DNA from: Protoeuglena noctilucae
Lineage: Eukaryota
Reading direction: 5' to 3'
NCBI GenBank assembly: GCA_958009085.1
Contig: OY253680.1
Location: 806,001-870,000, forward strand
Length of the DNA stretch: 64,000 nucleotides
Positions within the stretch are counted from its first letter, which is position 1; the number at the start of each line of letters is the position of its first letter. The notes beneath the pieces are model-generated. The model was not told the DNA's origin. It saw only the letters and a list, made by a program, of their open reading frames with translations, and did no database searches. This document shows, piece by piece, positions 12,872-34,900 of this stretch. The translations under genes were made by a program, and so were the position numbers.

Positions 12872-14131
12872 TCAGTCGAAGTCTGAGTCCTCGTCGGACC
12901 CCTCCTGCGGCGCCTGGCCCCCCCGCCGCACGTTCCTGGCAGCCTCGGGTGCGGGCGGCTGGTATTCGTCACCCTGCTCGTACTTGACGATGCCGTCCCG
13001 CGCCAGCCGAGCCGCCAGCAACGCCGTGGGGAAATCTTCGCCCCCAAACTCGTCCAGGCCCACGATGTAGTTGAGGATCTTCTCACTCTGCAAGAAAGGG
13101 GGCGACTCTGTCTCAGAAGGGCGACTGTCTCAGTGAGCCCTCCTGCAGAGCTCCAAGGGTCATTGGCGAGGTAAGAGCCAAAGACGTGAGGATATTGCAA
13201 GTGCCCGGCGCCACGGCGCCTGCCACCAGCCCCCCCTCGTGGGTCCTCGCCTTGATGAGCGCCACCGTCGGCAGCATCCAGATTTTGAGCTTCTCTGCCA
13301 AAAAGGGCGCCTTTTCCGCGTGGATCTTGATGAACTTGGTTTCCAAGTGCTTCTTCGAAAGGAGCTCCAAGTGCTTGTCCATCACCTGCGGGAGAGGAGC
13401 GGACGCGAGCGAGCGACTCACAAAACGACGCGTGCAGGACTGTGCGCTTGCAAGTTGAGATATCCCGCATGGCTGCGAGATTCGTTATCTATGCCCGCTC
13501 GCCTTGCAAGGCCACGACTCGCGGTAAAAGTGACAAACGGCCCGCTCCTCCTGCTTGATCTCGGCGAAGAAGTCCTTCTCGCTCGCGATCTCCGTGTATT
13601 CCCCGTGGCCGCGGGCGCGCCAGTCCTGAGCACTGTGAGGGAGCGAAGGGGAAGGGGAGCAACGCGTCAGAGCGCGGTTGCGACGCGCACAACGGGGACG
13701 CCAGCTGACGCCGGGCGCCGCGGACGCCGCAGGGGCATCGCAGGCGGTCCGATGGTAGCGGACGCAGAGAAATCGGCATACGAAGGCAAACGCAGTACCG
13801 CGGTGCCTGACGAAGCCGTCGCTCGCTGCCCCGGGCCCAGCATGCCTACAGAATTAGCGCGGACGCCCCCTGCCCCCGTCGGGGCACGGCGGATTGCCAT
13901 GACCACGCCGCCGCAGTCTCGAGTCGCGACACGCATCGTCCGCAATGCCCATTCCCGCCCTCACGCGCGAGCGTCCCGCTGGAGCTGCTCGAGCCGTTTG
14001 CGCCGCAGCTCCTCCAGATCGTCGTCCGTGAGCTTCTCGAGGTTCGCTAGCTCCGCGTCCAGTCGCTGTTCCACCTCCACCGCCGCCCGCAGAACCTGGG
14101 ACTCGATGGCCTGCTGAACGACCGCTTCCAT
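12872..14131 (-). CDS. PLP3: Phosducin-like protein 3 / thioredoxin domain-containing protein 9 homologue
   Basis: DLEELRRKRLEQLQ, GHGEYTEIASEKDFF, VCHFYRESWPCK|VMDKHLELLSKKHLETKFIKIHAEKAPFL, YIVGLDEFGGEDF and an acidic tail DEDSDFD. Confidence 0.9.
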
Positions 14132-14455
14132 GGCCCCACGACGCGCTGCAGAAGCGGGGGTCCGCGGCAGGCGACACGCGCGCGAAGAAGACGAGAGGCG
14201 TACGTGGATGCAAGGAGAGGGTGCAAAGTACGCGCTGACGATCTTGTGGCGCGCCGAGGACGAGCGCGCGACAAAGTTCCTGTGACGTCAGACACGCAAG
14301 AGTTTCGCCATGATTCGAGCGCCGGGCCTCCTGCTGCGCACAGAGCACGTCCCAGTCTGCCTCTCGTCTCCTGCCCGGCGGCCACCGCGCACTAGTCCTG
14401 CATTCCCCCTGCGATTGGCGTGGGCCCCGCGGGCACGAGGATCTGGACGGCGGCC

Positions 14456-15704
14456 ATGCTGCGGAGGGCTCTCGGAGGGGCCGTGCGGCAGGCCAGGTTC
14501 TTTCGGGTGCGGAGAGGGGGCCCGCGTCGTGGCAGCGGGGCGGGCTGGGTGCAGGCTGGGAGACCGTGGCAGGCGCCCCCTCCCGGCGCCCTCCCCGCGC
14601 GATCAGGCACGGTGCGCTCGGGTCATGAGGTCGTGATGAGTCACGTCTGAGTTGCGCGCCCTCGCAGGGGACCGGCGCGCCGCTGGAAGAGGCTGCCAAG
14701 GCATCAACATCCAAGTTCACGGAGGAGTTCCGGAAGCACGCACCGTCCTACCTGGCGAACCCTAGCTACCCCACGGACTTCGTCCCGCACGTGGCTGAGG
14801 CGGAGGCCTCGGCGGAGGTGCCGGCGGCCATCAAGCTCTCGTTCACGCTCCCCCACGTGAGCTGGGGCGCTGCGCGGGGCCTCTCCAGGCAGCCGGGCCG
14901 GCCGACCACCGAGACGGCGCTTTGTCGTTGCCAACTCGCCCCCGTACCTCGCCATCGCCGCAGATGACGGCGTTCCAGGGCCCTGCTGCCATGGTGAACC
15001 TCCCCGCGGCGAGCGGAGACATGGGCGTGACGCCGGGACACGTGCCCATCATTGCTCAGCTGCGGCCCGGCGTCGTGGAAGTGCGCAAGGAGGCGGACAA
15101 GGAGGTGCGGTCGCCCCCCGTCGCGCCAATTCCAAATCCTCCCGCGACCACGCTGGCCATCGTGTGGAATGGACATTATTGCCGCTACATATGCCATCGC
15201 CCCGGTCGCTCCGCCTCGGCTCAGCTTGCTTCCCTTTTTTTGTTAGAGTGCTCCCTCCCGGCCGACTCTTTCCCCGCCCCGGGGCCTCCGTGCAGGGTGA
15301 GAAGTTCTTCGTGTCTGGCGGGTGGGCTTTCGTGCACCCGGACTCGTCCATGGACGTGGTGGCCGCGGAGGGCGTGCCGGTCGCCGACATCGGTGAGCTC
15401 CTGGGCCGAACGGGGCCCAACTTTGCCGGCTGCTGGTGGATGATGGGTCACTGGGCACTGAGGCCGCTCCAGTGCCGCGGAGGCCGGGAGCGGGCCTTGA
15501 TTCGGCATGCGCGCAACGTGTGAGGCCCCAGCAAGCGACCGTTGCGATGGCCGGCGGATATGTGCTTTGTTTGCAGATCAGGACAAGGTCCGGACGCTGC
15601 TGGCGGAGCAGAACGCGCGGGCGAACGACGCCCGGGAGGAGTACGACAGGGCGGTGGCCATGATCGGCCAGGAGGTCTACAACGAGATGTCTGCGGCGCA
15701 CTGA
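14456..15704 (+). CDS. ATP16: Mitochondrial F1 ATP synthase delta' subunit (bacterial epsilon homologue)
   Basis: Mitochondrial presequence MLRRALGGAVRQAR; VNLPAASGDMGVTPGHVPIIAQLRPGVVEV; FFVSGGWAFVHPDSSMDVVAAE. Confidence 0.88.
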
Positions 15705-15944
15705 TGGCGCTACCTTGCTCGGTTGGCCAAGAGCACGCGCCCTGCCGTGCCGGATCGCGGGCGCTGCAGCGGTTGCACGTGCCTTGCTTGGGATGACGGT
15801 GGGTTGCGTTGCTGGCTCTGTGCCACAGCGCGGTCGCAGCTGTGGCAGCAGCATTTTCAAAGACTCGATGACCAAAGCTCTGGACTGTTGCTATGTGCAC
15901 CCTTCATCTGCTGGTGCCTCCCCAAACAGCGGCGCACACGCTCA

Positions 15945-16545
15945 CCATGCACCAAGCATCTCCGGCAGCCCACTGCGCAGAAGCCGCGCTCACGGCCTGG
16001 GCCACCCAGCGCCTCAGTGCTGCAGGTGTAGGGCTACGGGCTGCAAGTGAGCTGATGCCGTCCGCAACCACACCTCATCCGCTCACCAGGCCTACCAACT
16101 CCAAATGCACAGCAAAGCTGTCTGAGAGCCGACACGGCCACGCTGCGGCCTGTCATCCCTGCTCTCAGCCGCTGTCTGAGTGGCTGCAACTGCTGTTCAA
16201 AGGCCCCGTGCGCTGCTGCTTGCGCTGGATACCAAACACTCGCCGCACCCTGCTGTGCTATGCTTGACCCCTCGACCATGCGCCACGCATCCCCGCCTGC
16301 CCACTGCGCGAATGCCGCGCTCGCGGCCTCAGCCACGGCGTCGCCACCAGTCGCCTCGCGTGGGCAGCCACCCAGCGCCTCCGTGCTGCGAGTGCAGGGC
16401 TAAGGGCTGCAAATGAGGTCATGCCAGCTACAGCCACTGCTAAGCCGGGGATCGGGCGCAGCCAATGGCGACACATGCCCCTGTGCGCCACAACAGCCCC
16501 TGCACATGCCCCATGCACAAGCACCTGCCGCACGGCCCATCGCCC
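15945..16545. repeat. Degenerate direct repeats downstream of the ankyrin gene
   Basis: gccacccagcgcctc(a/c)gtgctgc...gggct(ac/aa)gggctgcaa.tgag...atgcc at about 16000-16060 and 16367-16426; ccatgc...gcat...gcccactgcgc...gccgcgctc.cggcct at about 15945-16000 and 16277-16330, with a partial third copy near 16511. Confidence 0.6.
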
Positions 16546-16594
16546 TCACCGGTGTCTCGCCAACCCTGACCCCGCCCCTCCCACCCAAGCTGAA

Positions 16595-18531
16595 TCACTG
16601 GAGCTGGCCTTGACTACACTGGGCCCGCAGCTCCTGCACCCTGCGCTGCACCAGCCCCGGCTCCCCGCCCGTGTTGACCAGGTCCGCGCCACAATCGGCC
16701 AACCGCACCAAGGCCTCGGCATTCCCACTCGCGTCAGTCGCGACAGCGTAAATAGGCGTCCTACCCTGTCTATCCCGTGCCTCCAGTTCCGCCTCCGCGT
16801 CCACCAGCAGGTCCACGCACGCCGCGCTCGTGGCGAAGTGCAGGGGCGTGCATCCGTCCCTGTCCAGTGCATTGACGTCCGCCCCCTCCGCCAGCAGTCG
16901 CCGTGTCACCTCCGCAGCCTCATCCGCCGTTTCCGCGGCGGCGTGGAGAGGCGTTTGGCCACCGACGCCCCGCGCCTCCAGGTCCGCCCCAGCTCCCAAC
17001 AGCAGATCCACGCACGCCACGTACTTGGCGTGATGCAGGGCCGTGTGCTCCTGACAATCCCCAGCGTTGACATCCGCCCCCGCCGTCAGCAGCGCCCGCG
17101 TCACCTCCACAGCCGCTTGCTCCTCACCCAACTGCACCGCGCAGTGGAGAGGCGTCATGCCATCGAACCCGCACGCCTCCACATCCGCCCCCGCGTCCAC
17201 CAGCACGTCCACGCACGCCGCGTGCTTGACGAAGTGCAGGACCTCGTTCCCGTCAACATCTTCAGCGCGAATATCTGCACCCGCCGCCAGCAGCAGATGC
17301 ACCAACTCCACAGCCTCTTGCTCCTCCTCCACTTGCACCACGTGGTGGAGCGGCACCATGGCGCCAAGCCCTTCGGGTTGGTTGACGTCCGCGCCCAGCT
17401 CCACTAAGGCGCGGAAAGCGTCGAGGCAACCGTACTCGACGAGGGTCTCATAGAGCAGGGCGCCATCGTCCTGCATGCTCGCCCCACCCGCCGCCAGCCA
17501 CCGCACCACCTCGCCGTTCGCCGCGAACCATATCGCGCTCCGCCGATCGCTGGGATCGACTTCGGCTCCCAGCTCCACCAGAAGCCCCATCATGGCCACA
17601 TCGCCGCGATTCGCGGCTTGACACAGGGCAGGGGCAGTCATGCTCCTATAAGGACCATTGACGTCTGCCCCCGCCTCCGCCAGCCGCCTCACGGTGCCCG
17701 GCATCGGAGACCCCTTGCACACCGTCGCCAACGTGTGATCCTCGCCGCCCGGCCCGACCTTAGCCGACGCCCCCGCCTCCAGCAGCGCCTCCACCACTGC
17801 CTCATGCCCCCGGTACGCGGCAACCACCACCGCCGTCCACCAAAACCAATCGTGCCAACTGATTGGGAACCCCTCACCCTGAGCGTCCACCTCCGCCCCT
17901 GCTGCCAGGCACACCTTGACCGCCTCCAAGCACCCACGCCCCGCGCAGTATGTCATCAGCAGCCATGCTCCCTGCAGCCCCCGATTGACGTCCGCCCCCA
18001 TCGCCAGCGCCCTCCGCACCGCCCGCGCCACCTCCTCGTCCCCCAGCGCGTACGCCCACTCAACCTGCCATCCGCCCTGCGCCCCACCGGCCGCCGAGCC
18101 AGCACTGCCACCGTCAGCGGCGACTGCTGGTAAGCGTCCATGCACCACGATATGTCGTGGAGGTCCGACGCTCCCGTCACCAGCTCCGCCAGCCACCACA
18201 GCCCCAGGCTCGCCAGGTGGTGCGCGTGGGACCCGCCAAACACATGCACCGCCACCGGGCCGTAATCGAGCTCCATCTCGCGTATGCGTCCCTTGAAGTA
18301 TTCGCGGAGGTCGTTTCCCTTGTCCTCCACCGTCGCCTGGATGCCCCACGCCCTCCACACCACGTCCACCTCGTCACGCATCTCCCGCGACACCGCCCGC
18401 GCCGCCGTCGCGTCGCGCAGGGGCACCAGCCGCAGGATCTCGCGATGCAGCTCCCCGGGCAGGTCGTCCCACCCTGCGCGCGCGAGCGGCCCGCGCGCAA
18501 CGCTGTAACGAGGCGAGCACAGCGGTTGCAT
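16595..18531 (-). CDS. N-terminal F-box-like plus ankyrin-repeat protein; frame break near 18065-18111 (short intron or pseudogene frameshift)
   Basis: WDDLPGELHREILRLVPLRDATAARAVSREMR is F-box-like. Multiple GADVN...TPLH ankyrin repeats lie in ORF 16595-18358. The two parts are in different frames. Confidence 0.75.
16790..17410 (-). repeat. Nucleotide-level tandem repeats (about 200 bp unit) encoding paired ankyrin repeats
   Basis: Recurrent ccac(c)agcag(g/c)tccacgcacgcc near 16800, 17000 and 17197, and gacgtccgccccc-like motifs. The protein repeats ACVDLL...GADLEA. Confidence 0.7.
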
Positions 18532-19595
18532 CCCTGAGCCCCTCTCTGCGCGACTCACCGACGCGCGGGGCCCCCGGCGTGGCCTCAGACGTCTGTTGGG
18601 TCTCATGTCCGTCCGCCATCGTACACCGACCTGCGGACACGGGCCCCGCGCGCCGTCCATGCTGCCCCCGCACCCGTCCCTTTCAAGCGCCGCGCGCGAG
18701 TCCCCGATGCCCGCCTTGCCCCTCCGTGCAGCTGCATCCCCACTCACCTGATGCACCGACCCGCCTCGCGCGCTGCACGGACCGGGCTGGGTGATGGGAC
18801 GACCACCTCGGGTGTTCTCCGACCAGCGCAGCACTCTCCGATCGCACGCTCGCGGTTCGCGGCTCGCACTCGCACTCGCTCTTCCGCTGCGCAATGTGCG
18901 CTGCGCCTTCCCCCGGCCCCGCGGTCGAGCCCGGCAGCCTGGGGAGGACCCCCGCAGGTGTGACATGTTGCAAGACGCGACGAGGCAGCCTGCCGCGGGG
19001 TCCCACTTCCCGCGAAAACCTTACCTCCTCCAGCAGACCTCTCGTGACGTGCCAAGCATCCGCATCTGCCTCTCAGTCGCCAGCCGGCCCAGCCATCGCC
19101 TTGCGCGGCATCGCCGACCGTGGCTGCGTCAAGCTACCCAAGGCTGGCGGCCCAATGTAGCCTCGTGTCCGGCCGCTGCAACAACTGCTGTGCATGGCCA
19201 GATAAGCCGGGCAGAGCTGTGGCTGTGCAGGGCCCGCAGCACAAGCGTATCACGTCTGTGCCATCCATGAGAGCCGGCGACATCTTGGGAGACGCGCAGA
19301 GCAGCTGATGCCCGTATGTCTGCCGTGTGTCCGTCCAGCGTGGCGATGACACTGGAGTCGCACCGGACAGGGCCAAGGTGCCACGCGTCGGGAAGCCGCG
19401 GATTTGCTTCACGAGGAGGCTCTGCAGCCCCACATCGGCATGCTTGTGTAAAACTTCAGAGCGGAGCGCCCTGCCGCCCCCCATCCGCGTCCTTGTGAGC
19501 ACGCATCGGGGTCCCAGACGTCGAGGAGCCGATTGAGACAGAGCCGCTCGTACCTTGCATCTCCGCGACCCTCCGCTGCGCATTTGGTCTGCACA

Positions 19596-21954
19596 ATGTC
19601 GGTGCTTGTGTGGATTACGGCGTTGGCCCTCCTCCTGAGCGCCTCGACCCTCGTGCAGGCGGCCCACGAGGTGTTCCCGGTAACAGCGCCATGCAAGGGC
19701 CCTCACCCCGCGTGGGATTCTGCCATTGATCATACGGGTTCTGCACCTGGGCCCTGGATGGTCCCCAGCGTCCCCCGCGGGGACACCTGCACCCGAGGCT
19801 CCCGCGCATGCCGAGGCCCGTTTCGTCCGACGGGCCCGCCCTCGCAGGTGCCGCCCCCGCGAGCATGCAACTGCACGGACGTCTACCCGCACGTGGGTTA
19901 CAACGCCGGCGTCGTGTCGTCCTGCCTCGAAATGCAGCGCTACAAGAAGTGCGGGGAGCCCTTCATGATGAACGCCATCAAGGAGCTGCCCGAGGGGTAC
20001 TGCCAGGTCACGTGCGGGCGGTGCTCGTGCTGCAAGCCCCTCTGGGACACCATGCAAGGCATGTCGGACCTGAGCATGTTCCGCGACTACGCCTCCGCGG
20101 TCGGACTGACCGATGACCTGAAGAATCCGGGAATAATGTGGACAGTCCTGGCGCCCACCAACCCCGGTGAGCGCTGCCTCTCGAGCTGGGACAGAGACCG
20201 CCCCGCGCAACTCCCCGCGCCCGCCGACGTTTGAGCTCCCCGCGTCGCCCGCAGCCATGGAGGGCATCCAGTCCCAGTTCGGCCCCGCCTCGTCGCTCTC
20301 GGTGAGGAATCGCATGACCCGTCCGTGTTTGTCGGGCTAGGAAGTCAGCTTTATGACCTCGGCCACCCCGGCATCGGCCTGCACGACTCCGACGCCCCGT
20401 GTCTCCTTCCAGGGCAACAAGGACGCCTACAACCGCGTGCTCGACATCCTCAAGACGCACATCCTGCTGCCCTACGACCTCCTCGACGCCCTGTGGACGA
20501 CGCCCTTCATGACGGTCAGCGGCGCCAAGATGGCCACGGTCGGGGGCAGCACCCTGTACGGCTCCCTGGACGGAGGCGACACCTACGTCCACGCGGGGCG
20601 GTCCAAGACCAAAGTGGCGCCCGAGTACGTCGAGGCATGCAAGGCCATCATCATCAAGGCGAGCGGGGGCGCACATGAAGGCATGCAGAGCCATGCAAAT
20701 GATCGGCCAGGCGAGCCCGTCGGCGAAAGCTGGGGGTCCATGCAACATCCGGGTCCGTCATACTTTGTACAGAGCCTGGAAAGGCAAGAAGTGGTGCAAC
20801 AGTAACTGGGTGGCCAAGACCACACTTATGGAGACGCATCCGTCGAGCCCCCTCACCCCGCAGGCGGACTCGATCCTCTACCCGCCCGGGTCGTCACAGC
20901 CCAGCTCGGGCACCGTCGTGCAGGCCCCACCCGCCCAGCCCTCCATCCCCGTGCGTCCCTCGCAACCCGTCAAGCCCGTCAGCTCCGGCGAGGTCATCGT
21001 GCAGCCGGCCCCGGCCAACCAGCCCGTGTCCTCGCACAAGGCTCCCGAGTCATCGGAGTCGCCTTCGCCATCCCAGTCGTCGTCGTCTGGACAGTCGTCG
21101 TCCCCGTCTCCGTCCTCGGGGTCCTGCACCTCGCCGCTGCAGGCCTTGAAGGACAGCGGCGACTTCACCAAGTTCATTAGCGCCCTGCAGGCGAGAGGGG
21201 TGCTTGCTTAGCCACGCTACTCAGACGCGCTGGCCATGGCACAGCAACACCCCTGCTTGCCGCATCACATCACCCTGCACCACCTGACTCTGGCACATCA
21301 GACATGCGCCGTCAGACATGTCATCGCAGCTGTCATGTTTAGCTTTCGATCTCTCGAGTCTCACTCCCGTCATCTGTTGGCGCGCGCAGAAGGTGGGGTA
21401 CGAGGACAAGCTCGAGAGCACCAGCACGAACTGGACGGTGCTGGCCCCGCGGGACTGGGCCCTGGAGGGCTTCCAGAAGGACCACGGGGACCTGCTGAGC
21501 GACACGAACAAGCTCAGGGACCTCATCAAGTACCACATCCTCACCAGGTGCAGTAGGGGGCATGGTGCACGGATGGCATGAGTGGTGAGGGAGCTTGTCC
21601 AATCAACGCCATGTGCTCACCAAGTATGTATCGAAGCGGGTGCATGTGATTGCTCCAGTCCCACGCCTCAGTGCCACTGCCCTTCTCTGAGCTTCACCCA
21701 CGACTCGCCACTCGTGACAGCACATTCACGATACAGCTCAACACTGACAATCCCCTTCTTCACGCAGCGTCGAGACCTTCCCCGTGTCGGGCAAGACCCA
21801 GGTCAGCACTCTCCTGGGACCCCAGCTGACGCTGTCAGGCAACAACGTGTCAGGGCCCAAGGGAGGGGCGGACGTGGTGAAGAACAACATCGGCAACGTA
21901 TGCAGCGGCAGCGTGCAAGAGCTCGACTGGGTCCTCATCCCGCCCAGCAACTGA
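19596..21954 (+). CDS. Secreted fasciclin (FAS1)-domain protein with Cys-rich N-terminal module and Ser/Pro linker
   Basis: Signal peptide MSVLVWITALALLLSASTLVQA; two FAS1 motifs (WTVLAPTN...ILKTHIL and WTVLAPRDWA...LIKYHIL...VQELDWVLIP); S/P-rich linker. Confidence 0.8.
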
Positions 21955-22487
21955 CGGAACCAATGCATGATACGCCAGATGCTGGGCACGCGGGCGCGGC
22001 TGCCACTGCTGCATTGTTGATGTTGCCTGGTCGGCCGTTCGATGGAACAAAACGATTTGAATTGGCGCAAGCTTGAGAAACGCGCGACATTTCTTCTACA
22101 AGCTGCGGTGCCGCAGGTGCAAGGGGGCATGACCGGGATGACGCTCATTACTAGAACGTCAGATGACACGATCAACTGAGTGAGAAACAGATAGTAAACG
22201 TTGCAGCTGCGCCGTCAAAGGGTGTGGAACAAGGAAATCGGCTCTGCGATCTGCAGCAAGGGTTGATGTGCGAGACCAACCAAGGGCTGGGCCGCCCGAA
22301 TGTGCTTTGTGCTTTGCCCGAACCTGGTTGGCTGGAAGTACCGCCCCCGTCGCTGGCGTCGCTTAGACGTACGATGAATACGGCCGATATCGCCGAATGC
22401 GTCGACATAACATGCAAACAACGGATATCAACGGATATCTCCCCTGAGTAAAACCTTCCCAAAATTGCCCCCTCCACGCCCCCGCCT

Positions 22488-31231
<8,744 letters not shown>

Positions 31232-31928
31232 GCGAGCGGGGCGCCGCGTGTCCCGTCCGGGCTCACGGCCCGGGACATGAGTGGCGCGCCGCGTGGCGAT
31301 GCCGCCAATGTCTCCGATAGCCAGGGGTCGGTCTGGCCGGCCCGACCCCCCCTCCCTACCCACCCCTGTACCCCTTAGCCTCTTGCGGCGTGCCTGCCAC
31401 GCTTGAAGCCGTGTGGAGAGTACCAGTGACACCTCCCGAAGCTCCATCTTTGCGATGACGCCAGGCCAGTGCCCGCTGCTGGGCATGCAGTGTTGGCCGA
31501 GATAGCCGCATCGTGATCTGGCGTCAGGGTCATTGGGGCAACCCTGTACGCCTGTTACCGCAAGCTCTCCTCTGTGGGCGTGGGGGCGAGCAGATTCCTT
31601 GTCACGTCCTTGACCAAGCGTGCCCCTAGCTAGTCGAGGTATCAACAACTTGCTTGCTGCACTCCATGCCGAGCTGGCCTGGGCCCAGCGGCCTCTCCCT
31701 AGCAAACGCTGCTGCGGGACTCGCAAGCTGACTGACTTTTGGTCCGCGTCGGGCTGTCCAGGGGCTTCGTGACGGGGTCTGGGCAGCGCATCGGCGCAGC
31801 CCAGGGCTTGTGTCGCCCTGGCCGGGCGCCGGCCCCGCCGCGGCATGGGCTGAAGAGGCGCGATGCAATCTATGCCTCTGCCAGGCAAACCCGGCCAGGG
31901 AGCGGGCATCGGGAGGGGCCCACAGGAC

Positions 31929-34900
31929 ATGATGGGCGATGGTTTGGCGTCCACGGCTCGTGCCGGGGGGACGGAAGCGGATGGCGCGTCCGGGAAGGCA
32001 CCCGTACACCGCCGGAATGCTACCTACGGCGGACCGGTACAGGTGCGGGACTCGTTTGAGGCTTGCGTCGCGCTCTAGGGATGCAACGCTCTGGGTCCTC
32101 TTTGGGTCGCAATTCGTCGCTCTCTGTCTTTGTTTGATATCCAGTCTGGAGTCGCACCTCAAGAGCATCATCGCTCGCCGATTGGGAAGCTCTTCAAGCG
32201 TAAATCGGAGCGGGTGCCCTCCGCGGCCCTGCCCGCCTCGGCGAGCAAGGCGGTGGGCAAATCCACGGACATGAGCAGCCCCTTCAAGCTCGGCAAGGAC
32301 ACCAACGTGAGCGAATGTGGATGTGTCGTGCGCAGGCAGCGCCGCTGTGGCGCAGAGTGCCGGCGTGGATGCAGTCATTCGAGTGCAAATGCGCCCTGCC
32401 CTCCCGCGTCCCGCAGAGCGCAAAGTCCGGCGCGGGGACTTCGGGAACGAAAAACAAGAAGCTTTTGTCGGTGCTTAAGGGCGGCTTTCGCCCGAAAACG
32501 CAAGCGGGGGGCGGCTCTGCGGCGGGGGACTCGGATGTGTCGCTCATGTCCGTGGAGGGGGAGGATGGCGCGGAGGGCTCGGGAGCAGGGCAGCCGGGGG
32601 TGGATCTGTCAGCGAAGAATGTGCGGGGCACGGGGCTGCGCGGCGTGCGGCTGTTCGACGAGAGGGGCCGGCTGCTGGGGAACCGCGGGCAGCAGATCGA
32701 GGTCTTCCAGGCAGCGGCGGTGAGGGGCTGCCCTGCCTGTGGGGAGCGTGTGGTGCATGGCGGGGTGTAGGAGGGAGGGATGAGGCATGTCTCCTGTCGT
32801 ATCCAATTGAAAGAATGTTAGTGCGTCTCTTTGCATCCCTTCACGTCACATCGCTGGGCCCGTCCTCCGCCTCACCCCTCCCTCTCCCTCCACCCCAGTC
32901 CATCGACTTGCGCGAGTTCTTCCTCACCCACGCGGCCCTCATGGACGCCCGCACCGTGGCCGCCGCGCACGCCAGCCTGTCCCGGCTGCACCAGGAGTGC
33001 GGGGAGCACATCCAGAGCGCCGTGCGCGCCAACTACCAGAGCCTCATGCACCTCCCCGCCGCGCTCGACGCCATACGCGTGGGACTCGAGGGAATACGCG
33101 CGGCGCTGCTGGCGTGCCAGGCAAGTGGACAAGTGGAAGGGTACAAGACTCCTGGCATGCTCATGCAGTGTCAACGCTGCACCCTTACTGCCCGCAACTC
33201 TTGTAACTAGTATCAGACCTTGTCCTTCGCTGTCGCTCCCCCACCTCACCCCAGTCACTCCCATCACTCCCCTCTCTTCCCCTGCCCCCCCAGTCCTCCG
33301 GCCGTGGCGCTCGTGAGGCCGTCTCTTCTTTGGACCTCCGTGACACGGTGGACATGGCCAGGGGGGACGCGAGGGGCCACGCGTCGGTGTGGAGCATATC
33401 GGGGGAGCTCATGGGGTCCCCGGCAGCAGCGGCACTGGTCGGGGCACTGTCAGGGTGCGAGGGCGCCATGAGCCGAGGCAACCTGACCAGGGTGAGCGGC
33501 ACTGCTTGGGTGCATGAGAGAGACACGATGTGATGTTTATTGAGGTTTCCATGGGAAATCGAGGCAAGTGCGTCTCTTGTCATCTGTCCTACATATAGTC
33601 GTCAGCCTCAGGTGTCCCTCAAAAGCTCATTGCGACAGTGGCCCCTCTTCCCTCCCTCAGGCGGCCGAGCTGGTCACCCAAGTCCCTGCATTGCTGGCTG
33701 ATCTCCTCGCCAAAGGCACCGCCAAGGGACCTCCCCAGCGGGCGCTGTCGGGCCCCACTGGGCAGCGGTCGTTGCGGAGACTCGTGTCCTCAGGTGACTG
33801 CTCAACTTGCGTGTTGGCACTACGGATGCATTATGAGCACAAATGTGACTGTGACGATCTGCGACAGCTGTGCGCCATGGCCCATCTTCCTTCCAGCGTT
33901 GATGGCCCACCACCCCACCCCACCCCATCCTCACTGCCCTCGCCCCCAGTCGCCAACGCCTCGGTCTTCTCGGCGTCGACGGTCATGGACGACAGCGACG
34001 ATCCGATGGGAGGGTACCAGTCGATCCTGACGGGGCTGGCGGCGTCGGACCGCCCCTCGGGCCCAGACCCCGCGGTGGCGCTGGTGCGGCTGGTGCTGAC
34101 GATGCGCACCCGGCTCGTGGAGAGGCTGCAGGAGCGCATACGGGCGCCGGGGGCACTCGACCAGGACATGGCTGAGGTATGAAGAGAGGCCGCGGGGTGT
34201 GGGGAGGATGTAGCAGCTCAGCACTTGCTCACCGATTGCTCAACCAACTGCCCCCAGGCGTTGGTGGCTCTGGAGACCGTGTCCGGTCGCCAGGTGGCCC
34301 TGCGTTCGCTGACGTCCGCCGCGGCGGAGCTGACGGGGTCCTGCCTCCCCGCCACGCGCACGGGCGCATCCCTGCAGGCGGCCAGTGACCTCGAGCGCAC
34401 TGTCATGCTCTGCCAGGCCCACTGCTCCACCGTGGCGCGTGCTCTGGACGTGGCGGCGCTCGCCTTCGGGGACGACAAGGGCGTCGCGCCGGGGCTCATG
34501 GCCTTCGCCCTCGACACGGCTGAGCGGTGAGGGGGGTCGCAGAGAGCTGGGATGAGAGGAGGGGTGACAGTGAGGGTTGCGGTGTGCAGGGACGAAGCGG
34601 TTGGTGTGACATGACCCACACTTCTGCAATCCACGCCTAGGTCGTCCTCCGATCTTTCACCCCCACCCCCGCTTCGTCCCTTGCCGCAGCCTGGCCGACC
34701 GGCTGGTGCAGACGGTCATGGCACCCGGGGGCCACCCCGCGGAGCTCGAGACGAGCGCCGCGTGCATGGCAGCCACCTCCGTCATGCTGCGCGTGCTGCA
34801 CCGGGCCAGGGGGGTGTCGCTGCAGCACGCCGTGGCAGGGGCTCTGGCACCCGCGCTGCTGCTGTCCGTGGAGAGGCGCGTCTCAGACATTAAAGCGCAC

